A stretch of 64,000 nt of DNA from Bugula neritina (lineage: Eukaryota; Animalia; Bryozoa), in assembly GCA_964035545.1 (NCBI GenBank), contig OZ037768.1, positions 5,054,741 to 5,118,740 on the forward strand, read 5' to 3'. Position numbers and translations under genes: made by a program. Shown here piece after piece: positions 60,076-64,000 of this stretch (its first letter is position 1; each line of letters starts with the position of its first letter). Under the pieces are notes generated by a model. The model saw nothing but the letters and a program-made list of their open reading frames with translations. It did not search any database and was not told the DNA's origin.

Positions 60076-63000
60076 CTAAAACAAATAATATTAACATAAT
60101 ATAAGTTCAGCATACACAGCTTATCACTGCAGATGTATATATGACTTACATAATATCCATTATCTTCAATTGCAAACATCTTGGGACTTATACTGTTCTA
60201 ACAATAGTATAAAATAAGTGTAAGATTACACTTTATATTACTCATACTGCATGGCATTTCCCACACATAGCAATATACAAACTTTATAACACTAAAATCA
60301 GCATACTTGTAATTTGATAGAACACTGTAAATGAGATTCACAAGCAGGAAGTTAACACTAGTGGTATAATTCTGCTAATACTGATTACTATTCGTATCTT
60401 GATTATTCAATAGTTATGATTGAATTTTTTAAAAGTAATTTAAAACAGATTAAGCATAATTGGATGCTTGCTTCTCACAAAATAATATGCTTGTTATAGT
60501 GTATACCCCTTTGTAGACAATTTGCTGAGTAAGTTTCCTTCTCGGTCTTCTTGTCTCTTGCTGGTTTTCTACATCATCCTTCATCGTAAAATACCCTAAC
60601 TCGGGCACAAAAACTAACAACTCTTGAGATTTGTAGTGACTAGTTACAAGTCCAACAAAATAATCCAGAAGTTTGTTGATAAATGTGACTAATGCTTTCC
60701 CAGTATAATTCAAAGAGTGTTCCTTCAACAAATCAATCACCAAGATCGCCTGCTGTCTAAGAAGCAACTTGCCTTATATTAGCAGTATTACGTTAGATCA
60801 GGTTTCTTTGCCTGTTTGCATACTGTGAAGCCTCAATAGCGTATGCACACACTTTATATTGTACGTAACTTACTGGCTGTACGCATGAGCTGCTTCATTC
60901 CCACTGAAGGGCATTCGCTTGGTGCTTTGCCTAGCGTGAAAGCCTTTTTGTAAACTCTTTTGTTATATAAAATCATTAGCTGCCTAGTAAAGTAATATTG
61001 TTTTCATGGCCATCACACTCAATGCTTTGTTATTGTAGCTGCCTAACTGGTCTTTTCACTTATGGCTACTCTTGCGTACAATGATTGCCAAGTGTAATGT
61101 TAATAAAATCAAATGACACTATTTTTACCAAGCTGATTTCACCTGTAGTTAAGCAAAGGGACGAATATATACCTAAACATAGTAACATATTTTCAGAAAG
61201 AGCTAACTTAGATCAAATTTTATATCTTTTCTCTTGCTAAATTGACAGCAGTCAAGATTAGATAAAGCTTTTGTGTTGAAATTAATGTTGATTAATCTTA
61301 ATTCACCTGTAAGCCGGGAGATAGTGGTTTATCGTACTCCTTTGAAGACTTTGTTATAGAACGGACATCGCTAGCTTCAGCTGTATTGGGAAAGGAAGCG
61401 AGATGCTTTGCTTTTTCTCTTTCCATTCGTCTCCGGGTCACTGAATGTGATGTGTATTCCATAGCTGCTCTTGAGGAAACTCTACTTGTAGCCATTCTAC
61501 TAGAAAGTGAATGATAACACGGCTGGTTGTACAAAAACTCCCTCTTCTTCTTAGGCCTTACTACAGCATAATAATTGGTTTTGGTGATAACAGGTGTAAC
61601 TGTATGTGAATAATTACTGAGTGTACAACACAAAACACAATCAGGAAAGTGCTGTAATCTGTTACGGTAGTGTATTACACTATTTGATGGATTACATTTA
61701 GTGTACGAGTGAATACTCACTATCATGGCATGCGACTATGTTGAAATACTAGAATGCAGATGTACCTGTTGATGAAACTTTTCACTAGTGGATCAAACCT
61801 GAATTTGCGGTTGAGCTTGTCAATAAATCAATCTAACACAAGAAGCTTCCAGGGTGGCTGTATTTGGTGTAAAAATAATCCTAAATCATTTAAAATGTCT
61901 CAAAGATGGATACCAACTTGAGGACTGTCTGATGAGCAAGCCAATAAGCTTTTACTGCTACTCAACTGTTTGTAAATAGAAGACAATGCCAGTCTCAATG
62001 GATCCAGGTTATTATATTCAATTTATATAACATATTACACTTGTAAGCCACATTTTCTTGTAACCTATACATGAAGATTCCATATTTACTATCTTAGCTC
62101 GGATTACAGCTTGAATAATACAAAGAATACAAAAAAGAAAGCTAATCTGAAGTTAAACTCATAATAGCTTATATGCAATCAAAGAGACTGAAACACAATC
62201 AAGCGTAACAAGGTAATAATACAACGTGCTAATCACTTTCTAAAATTATAAGATTTGAGGAAAATGCAAGAAATTCCTACAATGAATACAAAGAGATGTA
62301 ATTAGCACTTCAATGCAGCTCACCTTCACGTTTTCATTTATAACTTGAAATGTAAGCACAGTGAATGGAGATAAATCCATAGATTAGATCAACAGATAGT
62401 GCTATCATTTGTTATATGCTCGTACAGCCCATAGGACAATATTCTGTCACTGCAGTATGCTTACTACTAAGTAATAGCTATATCTAACCTGTGCATGCTT
62501 GGTCCCTATAAAATTATCAATGAACTGTGAACCAAAAGCATGAATATCAGAAAGGGAATTTTTCAAACCGTTTTTCTATGTCAATTTATCAGCAAATATA
62601 CCCGCTACTACTAGGTTTTGCTATACAAGATTGCTAGATTTAGGCTGCAAGTGATTGCTATTTCACAGTGCAGTAGGTATTGCTACACCAAGCCAAAAAC
62701 AGCTTGTAGCTCTATTTCGCAGGTTAAATAGAGAACCTTATAAATAATATTTTAGTTGGTGTTATTTGCTTTCTATTGTTTAAAATACTTGTTTGTTTTG
62801 AATCTTCAGCCTGGTATGATTTACCTTATCTTGTAGGATTAACCAGAAGTTGTTCAACTAATACTAATTTTTTGCCTATAATATTGCTATGACAAAATGT
62901 AGCATATATTTAGTTGTAGCTAGCCTCAGAAATTATCCAAGTTTTTGTCAGCAGCAGCAGTGTAATGGGAATCATGGCCTCATATCAAAACCCAATTATG

Positions 63001-64000
63001 CAGCTCGGTAACTCTAGTTAACTCTAGGTTCTATATCAGTTTATTTTAACTGAATTTGCTTTTAGCACAGAGGCTTTGGTAATGAACTCCTTATTAGGCA
63101 TATATCTGATAGATTAATCCTAAATATCAGCAATTAAAACAAGCAAATAGTAAAATAGGAAATAAAAATCATAGAATGAGGGACTTCCGTCTGCCAGAAT
63201 GCATGTATTCTACTATAAAACCAAAGAGCTCCACAAAAAAGGGATGTGAATCTAAATGAAAGACAACACTTTCCAGAAATGCTTAAATTAATTACTTCCA
63301 AGTCTCAATCAACAGCGACTTACTACAAATCTTAACAATAGAGTAGCTTTTTGCCTTCTGAAAAAAATATCAAATTTAAAAAGGAATTTCTCTGAGCACA
63401 AAAATTTGATAATAAATAATGTCAGAGTACGAAATGCCGGTTTCTAGACTTAGAGATTAGATATAGACATTGCCTATAGTAAACTATTGCCAAAATAAAG
63501 TGTGGAATATTTATAACAGTTTGGCATCATGACATATTCTATAGCACAGATACTGTTTGAATATAATTCTGAATGAATGTCAATGGCCTAATAAATAATA
63601 AAACATAAAGTAACTATCAAAGAAAGAGGACACCCGAGACAGTTCAAAGGAAATAGCCTTAGGTCATCCTATAGCTGCTCCCATCTTTCTCCCTTATTTG
63701 TGGCCCTGAGCAAGCTTCTCGCATCTCCTCAAAAAAGCTGAAAGAAAGAAGCTAATTTTTATAAACTGGACTCAATATAATGTCTACGAATGCTACAGTT
63801 ACATCCATTTATCAACAACAACCACTAAACTACTTTGAATTGAAAGTGTTTTTACCAGTAGGAAGAAGTTGAAAAAGCTACCAAGTAGAACACTTTTATT
63901 AAATGCTGCCAAACTAGTAACCCAAGACTTAGTTGCAGAGTAAGCAATACAAGCAAACCATCATATTACTTGCCATAATCTATATAACACTTGGGGCTAA

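Overview
AT-rich, intron-containing animal (invertebrate-like) genomic DNA; the species cannot be named from the sequence. Eight spliced genes can be assembled by hand: AVL9 (-, 3' part runs off the window), METTL6 (+), AURKAIP1/mS38 (-), SREK1IP1 (+), an orphan Pro/Cys-rich protein (+), an orphan acidic protein with a predicted lipid anchor at each end (+), RECQL4 (-) and HSBP1 (+, with a U12-type AT-AC intron). A SEPT2-group septin (-) has an uncertain 5' end. The main accessory element is a 7.4-kb GC-rich Ty3/Gypsy LTR retrotransposon in AVL9 intron 1 (5357-12799, -). It has two 306-bp LTRs that look identical, an ATAT target-site duplication, a tRNA-Leu PBS and a -1 frameshift signal between gag and pol. 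It is unusual in four ways: an eroded Gag zinc knuckle, an in-frame TGA ahead of the integrase GPY/F module, an intact third ORF that is not env but encodes zinc fingers plus a coiled coil, and splice signals that would fuse this ORF in frame to the Pol tail. Other observations: micro-repeat tracts concentrated around inferred transcription starts, a minisatellite built from a RECQL4 splice acceptor, a palindromic MITE family and tRNA-derived SINE copies. All homology calls are from recalled motifs; no search was run.
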